DNA of 64,000 nucleotides from Squalus acanthias (lineage: Eukaryota), in contig CM059431.1 in assembly GCA_030390025.1 (NCBI GenBank), forward strand, positions 104,596,001 through 104,660,000, in the 5' to 3' direction. The notes under the pieces are model-generated. The model saw nothing but the letters and a program-made list of their open reading frames with translations, was not told where the DNA came from and ran no database searches. Position numbers and translations under genes: made by a program. Position 1 is the stretch's first letter. Each line of letters starts with the position of its first letter. This document shows positions 63,591 to 64,000 of this stretch, in pieces.

Positions 63591-63844
63591 ATTTCATTTC
63601 AATATCTAACATTCTCTGGCTTAAGAACATAAGAATTAGGAGCAGGAGTAGGCCATACGACCCCTCGAGTCTGCTACACCATTCAATTTTATTCATATTC
63701 AATTATTTTCAGAGTCCAACAAAAGCAAGTGTTTTGGAATCCTAGAAACTTCTTACAGACAGAGACAACATGGGTTCCAGGCACCCGAACACTAATGCAG
63801 TCTCCTCTTGCTGCATTGACTTGGGCACACAATATCCACGTCAA

Positions 63845-64000
63845 CTTTTTTGAAATTTGTTTATGGGATGTGGGCATCGCCGGCAAGGCCAGCATTTGTT
63901 ACCCATCCCTAATTGCCCTCGAGGAGGTGGTGATGAGCCGCATTCTTGAACCGCTGCAGTCCCGTGTGGTGAAGGTACTCCCACAGTGCCGTTAGGGAGG
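63845..64000 (-). mobile_element. Family X LINE 3' end (runs off the window)
   Basis: Matches 59530-59680. Confidence 0.75.

Overview
Repeat-dominated vertebrate genomic DNA, most likely from a shark or other elasmobranch (inferred from DeuSINE/SacSINE1-like and HE1/V-SINE-like SINEs plus CR1, L2, RTE and Penelope families). I recognised no intact host gene, so the window looks intronic or intergenic. Contents: many 5'-truncated LINE fragments (CR1, L2, another CR1/L2-group family, RTE, an L1/Tx1 ORF1 piece) and tRNA-derived SINEs; a large set of PIF/Harbinger elements (decayed transposase and Myb/SANT ORF pieces, MITEs with GGGC/GGGG TIRs and 3-bp TSDs); two solo LTRs; a 5'-truncated ferritin processed pseudogene with TSD; and Penelope-like (PLE) fragments carrying minimal hammerhead-ribozyme motifs. 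The most unusual structure is 18973-21668, where one 12-bp TSD encloses an 81-bp-arm palindrome containing a PLE hammerhead fused to a nearly intact CR1 ORF2. All family assignments come from motif recognition by eye, without database searches. Boundaries without a stated TSD/TIR are approximate.
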